Assembly: GCF_031769215.1 (NCBI RefSeq)
Contig: NW_026782057.1
Location: 682,001-746,000 of the forward strand
Source of the DNA: Ylistrum balloti
Taxonomy: Eukaryota
DNA length: 64,000 nt
Direction: 5' to 3'
Position 1 is the stretch's first letter. Each line of letters opens with the position of its first letter. Shown here piece after piece: positions 14,051 through 27,180 of the stretch. The translations under genes were made by a program, and so were the position numbers. Under the pieces are notes generated by a model. The model did no database searches and was not told the DNA's origin. It saw only the letters and a program-made list of their open reading frames with translations.

Positions 14051-16987
14051 ACATTCCCCTGCTATAACCAATCTTGTAGGTAGGTATTATCATTTGGTAT
14101 TAAACTCACATCAACATACACATCCAATCTGTTGTGTTTTAAAGAAACACTTTTGGGGAAATTAATAAATTAAGGAGGAAAAACTTCAAAAAAATACTGG
14201 GAGTCACAACATTAAGGTTTTATTGACCGGGACAGGTAGAGTACTACCCCTCCTTGTCCCAGTAGTCACATACCTGTGTATGCACAGACATAACAAAGTA
14301 TCATTAACAAGCAGATTTTCTGATAATTCTCATCTGTCATTGCCATTCCATTAAAATATGAAAAATCTATTAATGTTTGCATCATTTTCCATCAAATACA
14401 GTAATAATTTGTACATGACCAAATGCTAACTGTCTAAAAAACAATACAAATTATCTTCACATACAATAACTAAATTAACTGTTCAGATAAAAAGTTACAT
14501 GCTCGGTTCAAAAGATAATAAGGCAAAAGTGATGAGTGCCCTGAAACTTTGGTAGAACAGAAATTCACAGAACCAATTCTTCTAACATATAAACAAGTAT
14601 ATTTTATCATATGTGCAATACAAATGAATTGCACAACCGAAGTACTAATACATTTTCACAAGTAAAATTTTTCAAAGTATATTTGCAGAGTAGGATCACA
14701 TGACAAAACATCTTTTAGTGGAACAGTGGTTTTCATGTTTATTTTAACAATCCTGATATAATATTTTAATCATTTCCTTATTCAGAATTTTTTGCAAACA
14801 GACCAGGTGTACTCATAGTTGCCATTAATAGTTTGTGCTACTGTACCCGTACAATCAAAAGGAATTTGTCAATCACCTGATACATAGGCACAAACCAAAT
14901 GTACTGTTTAAAATGATTTACTGAACACAAACACTATAATTCTGAGTTTGTTGGCGCTACCAATTTATTTTACAATTTAATACAATGATTCTTTTGATAA
15001 ATCTCGGGTCAATTTCATAAAAAATATTCTTACACTGATTACATGCTACATCACAGAGAGTGAAAGTTACACAAGTTACATAACCATCACTTGCCTGACA
15101 TGTCTTCAATGGCTGTACCTTGTATGTGGGTAAGCATCATTTACAAAAATTTTACAGTTGAGTGAATCTTGCTACTGCTGGAGTTTGAACTAGAAACCCT
15201 TCCTTCTGTCTCTAGCCAGACACTGCTGAAGGGAAATTCCCACTATCCAAGGCTAGTAATTGTAAGACAACCTGTAACCTCAACTTCTATAAATATGGAC
15301 CCTCTCAAGTCCAAGATACTGCCATTTCTATGATCATAATCATGAAAAAAACACATCTAATTGTCATTTCATGGCATGACTCTAGTTGTATTAGAAAAAA
15401 CATACAAGACAGAAAAAAAAAGACATCAGTGTATTTCCTGAATGTTCAAGTTCTGTGTTCCAGTTTTGTATTTTTAAGTATTATTCTGCAGAAAACTATT
15501 AAAAAAAATCTTCATTTCATTATATTACACCTGGATTTCATTATGTAATATTAGCACTATTTGTACACATCAGAATATTCTAACTGTAAATTCTACTGTA
15601 ACTTAAAACATACAGTAAATATTTGGTACTATTTACAATGAATATTCCAAGACTAAATTTGATTTCCATTGGTATTGTAAATGATTAAGCAGCTCTTGTT
15701 ACTTTTTGTTCCTTTAGCTATACCAATATGTACGATAAAAACATTGTATTACTGATAATTTTTGAAGGAAACGAACATCTGACAATTTTTGAGGGAAACA
15801 AATATCTGAAAAGAAAAACGAAGTCCGATGTAAAATTACCATGTGGAATTGATCCTATTTATATATACCTAGTTTGACAGGGGGATTCAGGACACTATCG
15901 GAAAACTGTGCGCTGAATTGCATTGTACAGTCCATGGAACCAGCAGTTCACAATGCTGTGCCTGTTTCACTGACAATTCAGTAAACATTAAACCTATAAA
16001 CCAATTGCCCAATCATTGATACTCGAAACTCTCTCCCAAAAAGACAAGTTTAATTCCATTTTAATTTGTTTGACCTGTACTAGATTGATTTGTTTATGAT
16101 TCAGATATGAGAAAGGCCAGACAAGTATACTTATGTAAAGTCCTTTAGAACCATGGAAGATTTCCAAGCATTATAGGAACCTTAACAAGATCACTAATCT
16201 CAATAGCTCGAGGCTGATCAAACAGTGTGGTGCTGTGTGTAGATAAGGACTGTACCATTTTTTGTAAGTATACCTACCACCTACATGAGACTCCGATTTA
16301 CACTGTAACTGTATAATTAGTTCATAATTACCATACCTGTAGTAACAAATCATTTACTATAATACAGAGATAAACAAAATGTCAATCTTGTTCACCCTCA
16401 TGATAATACTGTAAAATTTTGTGTCTAAATGGTGTTAAAATTTCATGGTTTATCAAATACAAATTGCATTGTGGATAAAGTCTGGTGGATAAGTAGCACT
16501 CATGATAACAATTAAAACATCGGACAACAAAAAATCCTGCTGAACCTCCGGGCAAATATTATCTGGTCATACCGTTAACTAAAGATTTATGACAAATTTA
16601 TGGATTTATGGAAAAAACGTACTAAGGAATTAATGTAAAAAAAAAAACATGAAAAAAATAATCATTTATGTCCAAAAATGATGTAGAGTAACCTCATTTC
16701 AAACATCACATAGCTTCTCTAACCCTCTGCTTGAATGGGATATTATTTCTATTGTCACTCCAATGAATATGTTTTTGGTTATGTAATGCATTCAAATGTA
16801 AATTAAGTTACAAGTCTTTTGTGACTAAACAAAGTTGACAGCAATACAAGGAAGATGTGAAATGATTAAATATCACCAGTCAAACTGATATCTCATGATA
16901 ACAACAATTAATCCACATGCACTCTCACTAAACAAATCAAACAATGTTTTTTTTAAAAACACACAATCATACTTCCAGTGTAACAAC

Positions 16988-19900
16988 TCAAATTTCCTCA
17001 TGTGATCCTGTATATTTCAACTGTGTGTCATTTTTCTCCGTCAATTTGTTTGTGATTGTCTCAGCAACATTGTCTTTTTCACTGTTGGTTTCAGCCATTT
17101 TGTTATGGTCCATGAGCTGTTCTGATTGGTCCATTTCAAACTCAACAGGCGCATGAGCATTTGTCGGTATATGCACAGCTGGGGTTTTGGGTGGTATTTC
17201 CCAAGGTGGTCCAGGTTTCACAGACACTTGGATACCATAGGGGTCATCAACGTCAGTCTCAACGTCATATCCAGAATCATACAGGAGACTGCGTGACTTA
17301 CCAGCCATAGGAATATTTTTAGCATCCAGGCTGTCTCTCTTTCCCAGTGGGCTGAAGTTGGGCACAATGATGAAAGCAAAGGACAACACCAACACCTACA
17401 GAAAGAAAATTTTCATAAAAATCAAAGAAAAATTCATCACATCTTTTCAAAATATATTATGCTACATCATTTTTATAAATAAATAATAATGTAATTTCCA
17501 TGCTCTTAAAATAATGTACAAGAAATCATGGTGTAGAAACCCAGGCAAAAAAAAATAACATAAATAACAGGTTTTAACAATGATTTCATATCTATGCGTA
17601 ACTTTCTACATGGTATCCATTTAAAACTTACCATAATACATGTAGATGTTTGTGGCTTATTTGCTTTTGATAAAATGTAGGACTGTAGTTTCTTTAGCTG
17701 CTGTGTGAGTGTTCTGAAGGAATAAAAAATAAGGAAATTTTACAACATTAATTCACATGCATTGAATATGAACAAATTCTTCAATGACGAAAGTGAACTT
17801 CAGGAAGTGAAACATAAATGTAATCTTATTCAAGTGACAGTGGTGAATTAACCAAACAAATATTTTTACCTATTTATTCTAGTGACAGTGGTAATTTAAC
17901 TTAACAGATATTTTTACCAATACTTGTAAAGGATGAAATTAAGTTAAAATATTTCTTAATTTCCAAATAAGAACAAAAAGTGTTGTCTTTCTCATTTCCA
18001 TCAAGCATAAGAAAATGATAACAACACAACAGGGCTGCTGAATCATCAATATTTATTACCGGTATTCAATAAATGTTACCTTAAATTAACATTCCATGAA
18101 AATTTTCAAACACAACTAAGTTGACTTACTGGTTATGACCTTAAATTAACATTCCACAAAAATTTTCAAACACAACTAAGTTGACTTACTGGTTATGATG
18201 TTCAAGGCTTTCCACCTTCTTTTTGAGGTGTTGATTTTCTGTAGTGGACATTTTTACTCGCTTTTCTAACCCCTCAACATATCCCTGCTTCCTTTTTCTG
18301 CTTTCTTTGGCTGATACCTGCAATCCAAAAAATGTACTAGTTGAGAGGCTGATCAGACCTTGATGAATTTGTCACCTATTAATACTTTATCAATTCATAT
18401 ATCAAGATAACTGAAAAATTACAAATGCATTGCCATGATTTTGAGTGAGAGTTTAAAGACAATTAAAGATGATCTTCATCTAGTTTTGATTGGCAGCTGT
18501 GATAACCAACCCTATAGAATAAAAGGCCAACATTTCACATCTTTATGTGCTCAATGCTTTCAACAGAGAGGTGACTGTCATAATCTCCTCTGAATGTTCC
18601 CACCTTGTTCCTTATTTTCCTGCGAACAGCTTTGAGGATCTTCTCTTCCTCTTTGGTGAGCGGCATGTCTGTTGGTAGTTGGACCCCTTCTTTAGCCAGC
18701 AGTTCTTTCTCCTCATCTGATAGTCGTAGCTCAGGAAACTACAAACAATTGCAAACATCATACTCTTATATTGCTGAAAGTCTATAGAAATTAGAAAATA
18801 AAAAGATAAAAACATACATGTGGTAAAATGTTTTCTCTCCATTCCTCTCTACTAACAAGTCCTATCATTCAGCATGTTTATAACACTGGTCATTATATCA
18901 GATAAAGACTGACATTTCAGTGAAAACTTTTCAAACCATTCACACACATGGACACAACTGTTTAAATTCCTAAATTCAATCTGTAATAAAAACTGACCAT
19001 TTCTAACACGAGTAATAAACCACACACCTTTGTAGTTTTGGTGCTGACATCCTTCATAGTGAATGGCAGGCCGTCTGTATGGTGGGAAGAGACTTTAATG
19101 ATACGGACAGTATTAACACAACTCAACCCTTCACCTTCACTGGTCAGGTCATCTGCAGCAAAAATTTTCTGAGTTATAACATATTCTGCATTAGATAATA
19201 ACATATTAAATTATTTGTTTCAAATTTAAAGATTCTCTTTCCAGCTGAAAGGAGTTTGTAGATCTTGCACAGCAGTTTACAGACATTACAAACACACTTT
19301 GTACTTACAAACTGATCTGTTCAAAACTTAGTCACAGGTTTGTAGTTATTAAAAGCCGAAATCTTAACATAGATATACACATTATGTATAAGGTAGACCT
19401 ATGTCTGTTATTTTTTGTCACTCTCTAACACTGCTTGAAAACATGTGGACCTAGGATATTTCGAAAGCAAATAAACATATGAGGTAACATCCTCAATACT
19501 CTTGGGGCTACAATTATTTCTGGTCTCTGCAACTCTGTAACATATCATGACAAAATTGAAGGTTCCATGCGCAACACCTTGTGGACAAGACTAAAAGACA
19601 AGTTTGATCCTTTGATGTACATCAAACGAATCTCAAGGTCACATAACAGTATATCATAATGGCTTTGAAGTTGGGTGTCACTTGTTTGTAATCTTCAAAA
19701 TGAGCGCATAAGCCTGTGACTGCTCAGTTTTTTTCTCTGGTAGAAATCAAATAATTTTGCTTGTGCCATCAATTTTGCCATGACATGTTCCAGGGGTGCA
19801 GAGAGCCAAAGTGATCATAATCCCTGGCCTGGAGTATTGAGGATGATGAGGACACTGGTCAGCCAATTTCCTTATTAAATAATCTGATGCTGACAGATAG

Positions 19901-21559
19901 CAACATGTTGAACCTTTAAGACATTGATAAGGTCAACCTCGTTTAGCAGGTACTTTGGTCTTTCTGTACCTACCTAAACTAATAGTCACTGCTTCATTGT
20001 TTTTTGTAAGTGGATTATCAATATTTGTCAAGAAGTCTTGTTCACTGAGGAGATGCGATGTTGTTAAACCATCCACACCATCCATGCTAAAGTCCTCCAT
20101 GTTCATATCCTCCAAAGCTAGAGGACTATGTTCTGATAGTTTATCCACAAAATCTGTTGTGAAATTTGTTGAGGAGTCTGATAAATAATATTCTTTTGGA
20201 CTGTTCTGTAATTGTTCGTCGCCCATGCTTCTTGGCGAGTAAGCACTAGATTCTAACGACACTCCACTGTCACTGTTTGTTGGTGATCGTTGAGCGAAAT
20301 AATCATGGTCTGTATGGGTAGAGAAAGATTTCTGTTGTGGTTGGTCAATATCTATATCAGTATTTAAGTCTCCTAGATTTGCTTCTTTAAGTACACTTTC
20401 CAGCAGGTCACCATCTCCTTCTGAGAAAAGCCCAAGATCTGACTGTAAATAAAACATCAAAATATTATAATAATGTACACTTACATTTACATGGTTTAAT
20501 AATAAATGATAACTATGTTAGGCACACTTAATTGAAATAAAAGAGTGTAAAAAAAGTCATTACAGATACTGTGAAACTCTTTCCGAAATAACAGTTTGAA
20601 GTAGTAAACTGTTTAGTGTAAAAAATCTTGATAGAAACAATTTTGAGTTGTAATCAGTTGTAAGCACATTCTTGTGGTGAAAAAATGAAGTTTTCATGTA
20701 ATTTAAATTCAAACAGAGTCATTTAGTACCAAAACATCCTGGGTAAACAAGTTCCAGTTAGCATCCTTTATAGAAGAACTATCACTGTCTGAATCACATA
20801 CATTGGCATCATAAAAACTCTGTGTTTCAGTATCATCCCCATGTAGTTTAAATGGCATGAAGACATCATCTGTCAGGCAGTAATTATTTTGAATACAGTT
20901 TTCCAATGCCATTATGAAAACCAAATAATGCTTAGTTTTGAACAATCCAAGTCACAAACTAAACATCTAAGTGCATACTGCTTCTGCACATGTGCATTAC
21001 ATATATTTGCCTATAGGAATTAAATGTAGGACCACTTTTGACAGGAGACTCTTCTATTCTGAATGATGATGTGTAACAAAACAGTTGGTTCCCTGCATAT
21101 GATGAAATATCCCTGAGCAATTGGGAGTCCCTGGCTACACACATACTGTAATCTCCACTTGTATATGAGTCATACTGATTCATGATAACTTGTATATTCA
21201 ACTTTTTCCTTACAGATCTATTTCAGACAGCTGTCGCACAAGGTTTAATGATTGTGTAGTTTATACTACGACAGCAGGGTTATATTGATTTACAATAACT
21301 TCATTCATAACGTGAAAATTATACCCCGTGAATATAAAAAGCAAGCACTTGCGTGGGCAGTGTCGGTGATGGTGCCGTTTTAATTATTTTTACTTAATAT
21401 TGGAAACGCTTTGAAGCGATTTATTGCCGACATCAAAATTGGTTGAATGATACTTACGAAGTTAACAGTCTGTATTCCCGAAACTTCAGATTTAAGCAGA
21501 CCATCATCGTCATTAAAAAGCATGTCCAAAACTTGATTTGGGTCAGATGTGACCGCCAT
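16988..21559 (-). CDS. CREB3: CREB3-family (CREB3/CREB3L3/CREB3L4-like) ER-anchored bZIP transcription factor. Exons: 21559-21458, 20442-19974, 19152-19028, 18738-18604, 18317-18190, 17713-17632, 17395-16988
   Basis: Spliced ORF with an acidic N-terminus, [40 protein letters not shown] basic/zipper region, [18 protein letters not shown] transmembrane segment and luminal RSLL (RxxL site-1 protease motif). All junction phases are consistent. The exact vertebrate paralog cannot be assigned. Confidence 0.9.
18079..18198. repeat. 60-bp tandem duplication spanning a CREB3-like exon/intron donor
   Basis: 18079-18138 and 18139-18198 differ at 2 positions. Confidence 0.95.
19488..19845. mobile_element. 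MITE copy 1 (CATCC...GGATG family), in a CREB3-like intron
   Basis: About 80-bp imperfect TIRs. Flanks atgaggtaa / atgaggaca (7/9 identical). Confidence 0.75.
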
Positions 21560-22010
21560 CTTTCTTGTTTACGGTGTTACTGTAATGCGTAAATTATGTA
21601 CATGCAATTCCACTTGTCGTGGAATATCTATCGTCACATGAGAACACGTCACCGATCAAAACAAAAATCCTTCCTTCGTCAAAACCTCCACGTGTATCAG
21701 CGTATATAAAGCACCGATTGGAAAGCCCTGCCAGTTCAATTGTGCAATACACACAGATCGTCTACCATAAAATACGGGTGTTTACGTCCGTTGCCAATGT
21801 CAGTTAGGAAAACATTTGCAAATAAGCGGTTTAGTGTAATCAAAATGACATCAGTTACGACAGTACTAATGAGCAATTCATGCAATTTCAATGTCAAAGT
21901 TCCATTCTTTACCAAGCTGTACCTATCTCAATGAGGATGTTGTTCTAAATTTAGCGTCAGTGTCATCAGCCACAAGACACACCGCTGGAATGACGTGGAA
22001 GCGGAAGTAA
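21560..22010 (-). promoter_or_regulatory. Putative promoter of the CREB3-like gene
   Basis: Locally CpG-rich. TGACGTG (minus, 21645-21651), CCACGTG (21688-21694), CCAAT boxes (21717-21721 minus, 21794-21798 plus), TGACGTGGA (21991-21999) next to CGGAAGT. The start codon sits in AAGATGGCGG. Confidence 0.55.
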
Positions 22011-24190
22011 ACAATTGATTTTCGGAACAAATGTTATCCTTAAAACTGATCAAAATTCACGAGTTATTCCGAAACCAACTGCAACCCTCTGACCAAAATA
22101 TCTTTAAAATAATGATGCCACATCACTCAAACAATTTTGTTTGCGTCCACTTTAGCGATTCACTGAAAGTGTTTGTATAAACGTAGATGCATTACTTTTG
22201 TATCATAAACAGTAAGCACTAACAATTGTTATCAAACGTAATGTCTTTTAGAGAGTACATTAGATACTGCGGGAAAATGTGAACATTCCCAACCACACAA
22301 GCAAGCAGCATAAGCCGAGATGTTAAAAAATAGTAAATTAAACACTAAATATTATTAAGCGCTGCTACAACGCAAATCTTCACTTATTCCCAGTTTCACA
22401 AATATCTGATACAAACCAGACGGACTTCGCACAAATTTCCATACCAGGAATAAATATACACGTGTGAGGTGTGTGTGTGCGTCTGTGGTGACTATATATC
22501 ATATACATACATGGACCGTGGATTGGAAATTCATGACAAGTCTCTGTGGTAGAGAGGTACCATGCGATTATGCTATTTAAATAAACATTATCCAAAGCGT
22601 TAGGAAAGCTTTTCACGACGAAGAAAAATGTGAAAATCATCCTTTAATACAATCAACTAGTAGTTTGAATGGTATAATGAAAACAAAACTTTTTTTTCAA
22701 TCCTGACTTTATATTAAGATCACGTGGATGGGTCTACACTGAGATAAGGCATCAAATAGTGTACAAAATACCAACGTGTTATAACCATAATCCAAACTAA
22801 GATTCAATAAAACTAGGGCAAAATATGAACTATCGAAAAATAAATATTTACACGTAGACTCTTGAAAAAAAAAACAAGGAGAAAAAGGTCAGATGATACG
22901 GAAGAGTAAACATCTTCATATCACACCAATAAATAGAATATTTCTCATTGTGATAACTATAATGACCGTAAAACGTCCCAATAATTTTCATCAAACCTGC
23001 ATCTTTTGAAACCTCGTGTTAGTCGACAACTTCTTGCACGAAAATTTTGATAAAGGGAACAGGCCATGAATATCAAATTAATTGCGATATGTAAACACCG
23101 TAGGTAAGTGATGCGGAGATATAGCTATCCAGAAATGGAAAATTTACACAAGGGAATCATCCCGCTATCATACATTCATTTTAGACTTGAATCTGCAATT
23201 GGTTTAGCTTATTCCTTGTCTGCAATCACTACCCGTTACTTTTCGGCCAACAACTTACCTACACTTCCAAAGGAGAAATACTAGCTGATTATGCACTAGC
23301 ATTTTTATACAACCAATCAGCCAATTAATTATAAGGCTGTGGGTCGTTCTCATTTACATTGGATTTCCTAACTCCATAAGAGCCCATAGAAACACTGCGC
23401 GTCATTGCCGGTTTGCTTAGTTGATCAGCAAAACCTTTATCTAAACGTCTCATTACAATTTTCCTTACAATCAAGTGCGAGATCGAGTTTTGACCAATTA
23501 TGGACATCCTCTCCTCCAAAATAGTATTTTGAACATTTGTTTTTCCACTCTATGATTATACCATACCCTGTTCAGCTCCATTCAAAACCGAAGAAACGCC
23601 TTCATGAGCGTTTTTCCTTTATAGAAATGCAAATAGCTATACAATCATATGCTTTTTAACTACTTAACTATAACCTTTTTGTCGTCAAATTCAGATCAGA
23701 TATCTGGTTGATAATATCTTTGTCGAGTGTAGCGGTAAGATCTTCCAATAAATTGCGCCCCATTCTCGACTGATCTAATTTTGCTCTCTTACAAGGATAA
23801 AAGTGTTACCAAAACAGGTTACAACGATCTTGCCAAGTCCTTCCATTCAATATCGATGATGTCTTAATTGTCATAAAACAAATGTAGATTTATTGACCAT
23901 ATCTACTCATAGATAACCACCATGATTGGTGGTAGAGGGTTGAAGGATATGTAGTCCTCGAGGTCACAGTCAAGTTGTGGTAGCTACATTTTGATTAACA
24001 CTTTAGATTATAACCAGATTTACGGAAATTACAAAATTTATTGAAACATGGGGCAAATGCATCTCCCTATCTAGATTTTAACATTTTTTGATAACTCGCA
24101 ATATTCCCCTCATTTGTGTCCTAGGTTTAAAAATCGTGGCTTTTAGCATCATTAACGAGTCCTAGAAGGACGAAACAGTTGTATGGCGTA

Positions 24191-24234
24191 GCATCACTGA
24201 CGAGTCCTAGAAGGACGAAACAGTTGTATGGTGC
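24191..24234 (+). ncRNA. Minimal type-I hammerhead ribozyme (second unit of a 45-bp tandem pair, 24144-24233)
   Basis: Stem I gcatca/tggtgc; core CTGACGA (24197-24203); stem II gtcc-tagaa-ggac; GAAA (24217-24220); short stem III AC-agtt-GT; cleavage triplet GTA (24226-24228). Confidence 0.8.
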
Positions 24235-24489
24235 AGTTTAATTAACTCTTTTCCTCTTTTGTATCTAATTCTAAATTTGCATTGATATATGCTATTCACG
24301 AGTTTGTACGTTTTACAATCATGTGCAATATGAAGTTACGTATATCATTTTCTCGTCAGGGTTTTTATTTGTCATTTTCTTTTTGATTTCAGCTTTCTAT
24401 GGACTTAATAAAAAAAAAACAATAGTATTGTAAGGTATGTTTCTAGTCGCCTTATATTTATTAAAGTTTTTAAATTGTTGATATTTTTC

Positions 24490-24912
24490 CACCTCCCACC
24501 TGACCACCCGATAATGTTGTGCGTTCTAGTACATGTATTCCTTTCTGGGTGTTTGGTCTTCCTTTGCTCGCGGGTATATGTTGTTCAAAGATGTGTTTGT
24601 GCCCCCGGATCGGAAGATCGGGGACATTGTTTGGCGCTGTGTGTTGTCAACATTAACCTTGTCCGTAACTATTGCTCCGTTAGAGGTTGGGCTTTCATAT
24701 TTTACGTGTGTGTTCCGTGTGACAAGACCTTTCTCGCGGTACCAAATGTTCGACCTTTTGAAAAAAATTGGGCTTAACATAAAACTGTAAAACATAAGTG
24801 TTTCAAGAAGTCATGCATGCAATTAGCACATTCCTTACACACTACAGTTTTAATGTCCTACTTCAGAATTTTATAGTAACTGGGGGCATAATGTTTCACA
24901 AACACATATTGT
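24490..24912. mobile_element. HINE-like element, same family as 53985-54600 and 31215-31480
   Basis: Shares the gggctttcatatt...gtgacaagacctt...ggtacc unit and the 3' terminal block. Confidence 0.55.
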
Positions 24913-25629
24913 TATATATTCCAGGCTACATCTAGATGTATGGTATTTATGTTTTTCCCGCGTGATTGTAGATGGGGGCTTCTGTCTAACCGTTGTAATT
25001 ACTTAAGCTGTAGTTCTTCCTGGCAGTCTATTGTTTGGTGACATGTTTAGGTGAAGAGCAGTGACATGTGATTAGCCTACACAGAGGCTAGCATTGGAGT
25101 CATGTTTTCGTCGTTTATTAGTACGTTACCTGTAAACACGTGTCGGTTCCCTCACATGTTGATACAAGAAGACATCCAAGTCACACGAAGGAACTTTGTA
25201 GATATATGCTTTTGTCTTGCTGAGCTTTTATTTTTATTTCAGTTTATTTCCTTAAAACTGAAGTCTCCGAGCCGTCATCAGCAAGCGGGCGTTTGCTATT
25301 TGGATTCTCAGAAACAGTCTCTACCGGACTAAATAGTTTTCTGGTGGGCTAATCGGGTTTCGACATACACAACCAGTCAATAAAGAGTTGTTGCCCCCAA
25401 ATTCCATTTTACACCCAACAAATTCTTGATATTTTGAATCCTCAGTTGTATACAATTGAAATTTTACAGAGATAACAATTCCCATCGTACAGTGTTAATC
25501 TGTAATATCAGTTTGATATGTCTTTGCTAAAGTGACTTCTAGTTTGGCAGATGTTAGTATACCTACATTTGAATACAAGATGAACAGTCCATGGCTATTC
25601 AAATGTTTATAAACTAACTCCTAACTGTC

Positions 25630-27180
25630 ATTATTTTTCAGTAATAATTACCATAACTTTAATACACGTATCTCCCACAAATTCCCATTTAAGAGAGCGC
25701 AAAAACCCAACCCCACCCCGACCCGCGCGTGAGGAGCCCCTTTTACCGCCCGTCGTACATATATCATGGACTCCAGACTTGAGGCGGTTAACTATTTGGA
25801 AAGGATCTAGTTCCTTTGTTTCAGACACCCTTTTTCAGGTGTTATTGCTAGGGCCATGCTGTAGTCAGCTTGTGTATCTGATGCAACTTCTATCGTCGAT
25901 GTTTAGAAGTCATCATTTTCAACCTAATAGCACGCGCCTGTGTCTTCTCTTTGAAGTTTCTTACTATAGTAATATAACCCATTCAAGGTGCTGAATTGCC
26001 AATATGGATATTGTCCATGCCTTTTGTAGGTGTTCTTTCCTTTGGCTTTGGATGACTAGCTTTACTATCATATGTCGTTGTTTTCTTGTTTCACCTTTGC
26101 CTATTCTGTAGAACATAACAATTTCAAACCTTTCCAGTCCAAGGCTTAGTGCAAGCTTCTTATATTACTTTCATCTTCTTCTTTCTTTGATGTAATGGAC
26201 ACGCTTCTGCAATTTCTGGAACTTTAAACAAAATAAATTTTTTTTCTTTGCTCTTTCTTAAGTCTAATTCTTTAAGTTTTTATACCAACAGGATTACAAG
26301 CCTCCCTGCTCTCAGTCTCCTTCTCTACTTTGACCACTCGTTTTCCCTTCCCCGATTCCATTCTCTGTACCACTACACTATCTATGATTAACGATTGGAT
26401 ATTAATATTGCACTATCGCACCGCCACTTGTAGTTCTTGTTAATACTTCTGAAGAAACATGTGCACATGGCGCTGTCAACACTCAACATTTTGACACCAT
26501 GCTAGTTTGCATCCTTTGCAAACGAGTCCGTTCTTTTTCAATGGTTCCAAAACACATATGTACACTTGTGATACAGAGGTGCCGGTTGTAAATTCGGGAC
26601 CTTCTTAATTCGTGTGTTGTCTCCTTTACCTCCATCCAAAGTAGCGTAATAGGAAGGAGTATTGGAAACATCCTGTCACCGTTGGTGTTCCAACTAGCGA
26701 CCCTTTGATCTGTAGGCAGACACACTTACGCTCGCCTAAAGCCAAGGAACTAAGCACTCGACTTCTACGCTACTCTCTCCTTCAACCCTGATTTCTAAAG
26801 AAGCATCTCAATCTCTTACCTGGTTCTACACTTCTACTCCTGGAGTGGTCAACGGCACAAACTCCGAAGAAGGAAGGAGTAATGCAAAAATTCTCTGACC
26901 CCTGGTCTGGCCGGACAATCTGTCACTTAACTAAAGGGAAATTCCCATTTGTCCACTAGTAAGGCGACTAGTGTGTTCTCAGAGGTTATGGTTACTGGCA
27001 AGTGTAAATTTTCCTTATAGAGCACAAAGATGTTGGGATCTTCCGTCGCTCGCATAATCTGTATTAGGTATTAGGGGATTAATTTAAATCCTTTCAAAAA
27101 CCCGATGTTTTCGACCTTGGGAAGCTTCGGTTAACATTATGACGAGGCAAATCGACTATTTGTATGGGTACTTAGCATCG
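25630..27180 (-). mobile_element. Degraded LINE 5' portion: ORF1-like remnant plus the start of an AP endonuclease (CR1/L2/Jockey-like)
   Basis: Minus frames give IVMFYRIGKGETRKQRHMIVKL (LINE ORF1-like) near 26050-26130, and SETKELD...GRGGVGF (APE N-terminal motifs) at 25631-25828. Boundaries are approximate. Confidence 0.5.

Noticed and set aside
24910-25420. Possible solo LTR (TGTT...AATAAA...AACA)
   Set aside because: No target-site duplication. The left end coincides with the terminus of the HINE-like element, and there is no second copy in the window.
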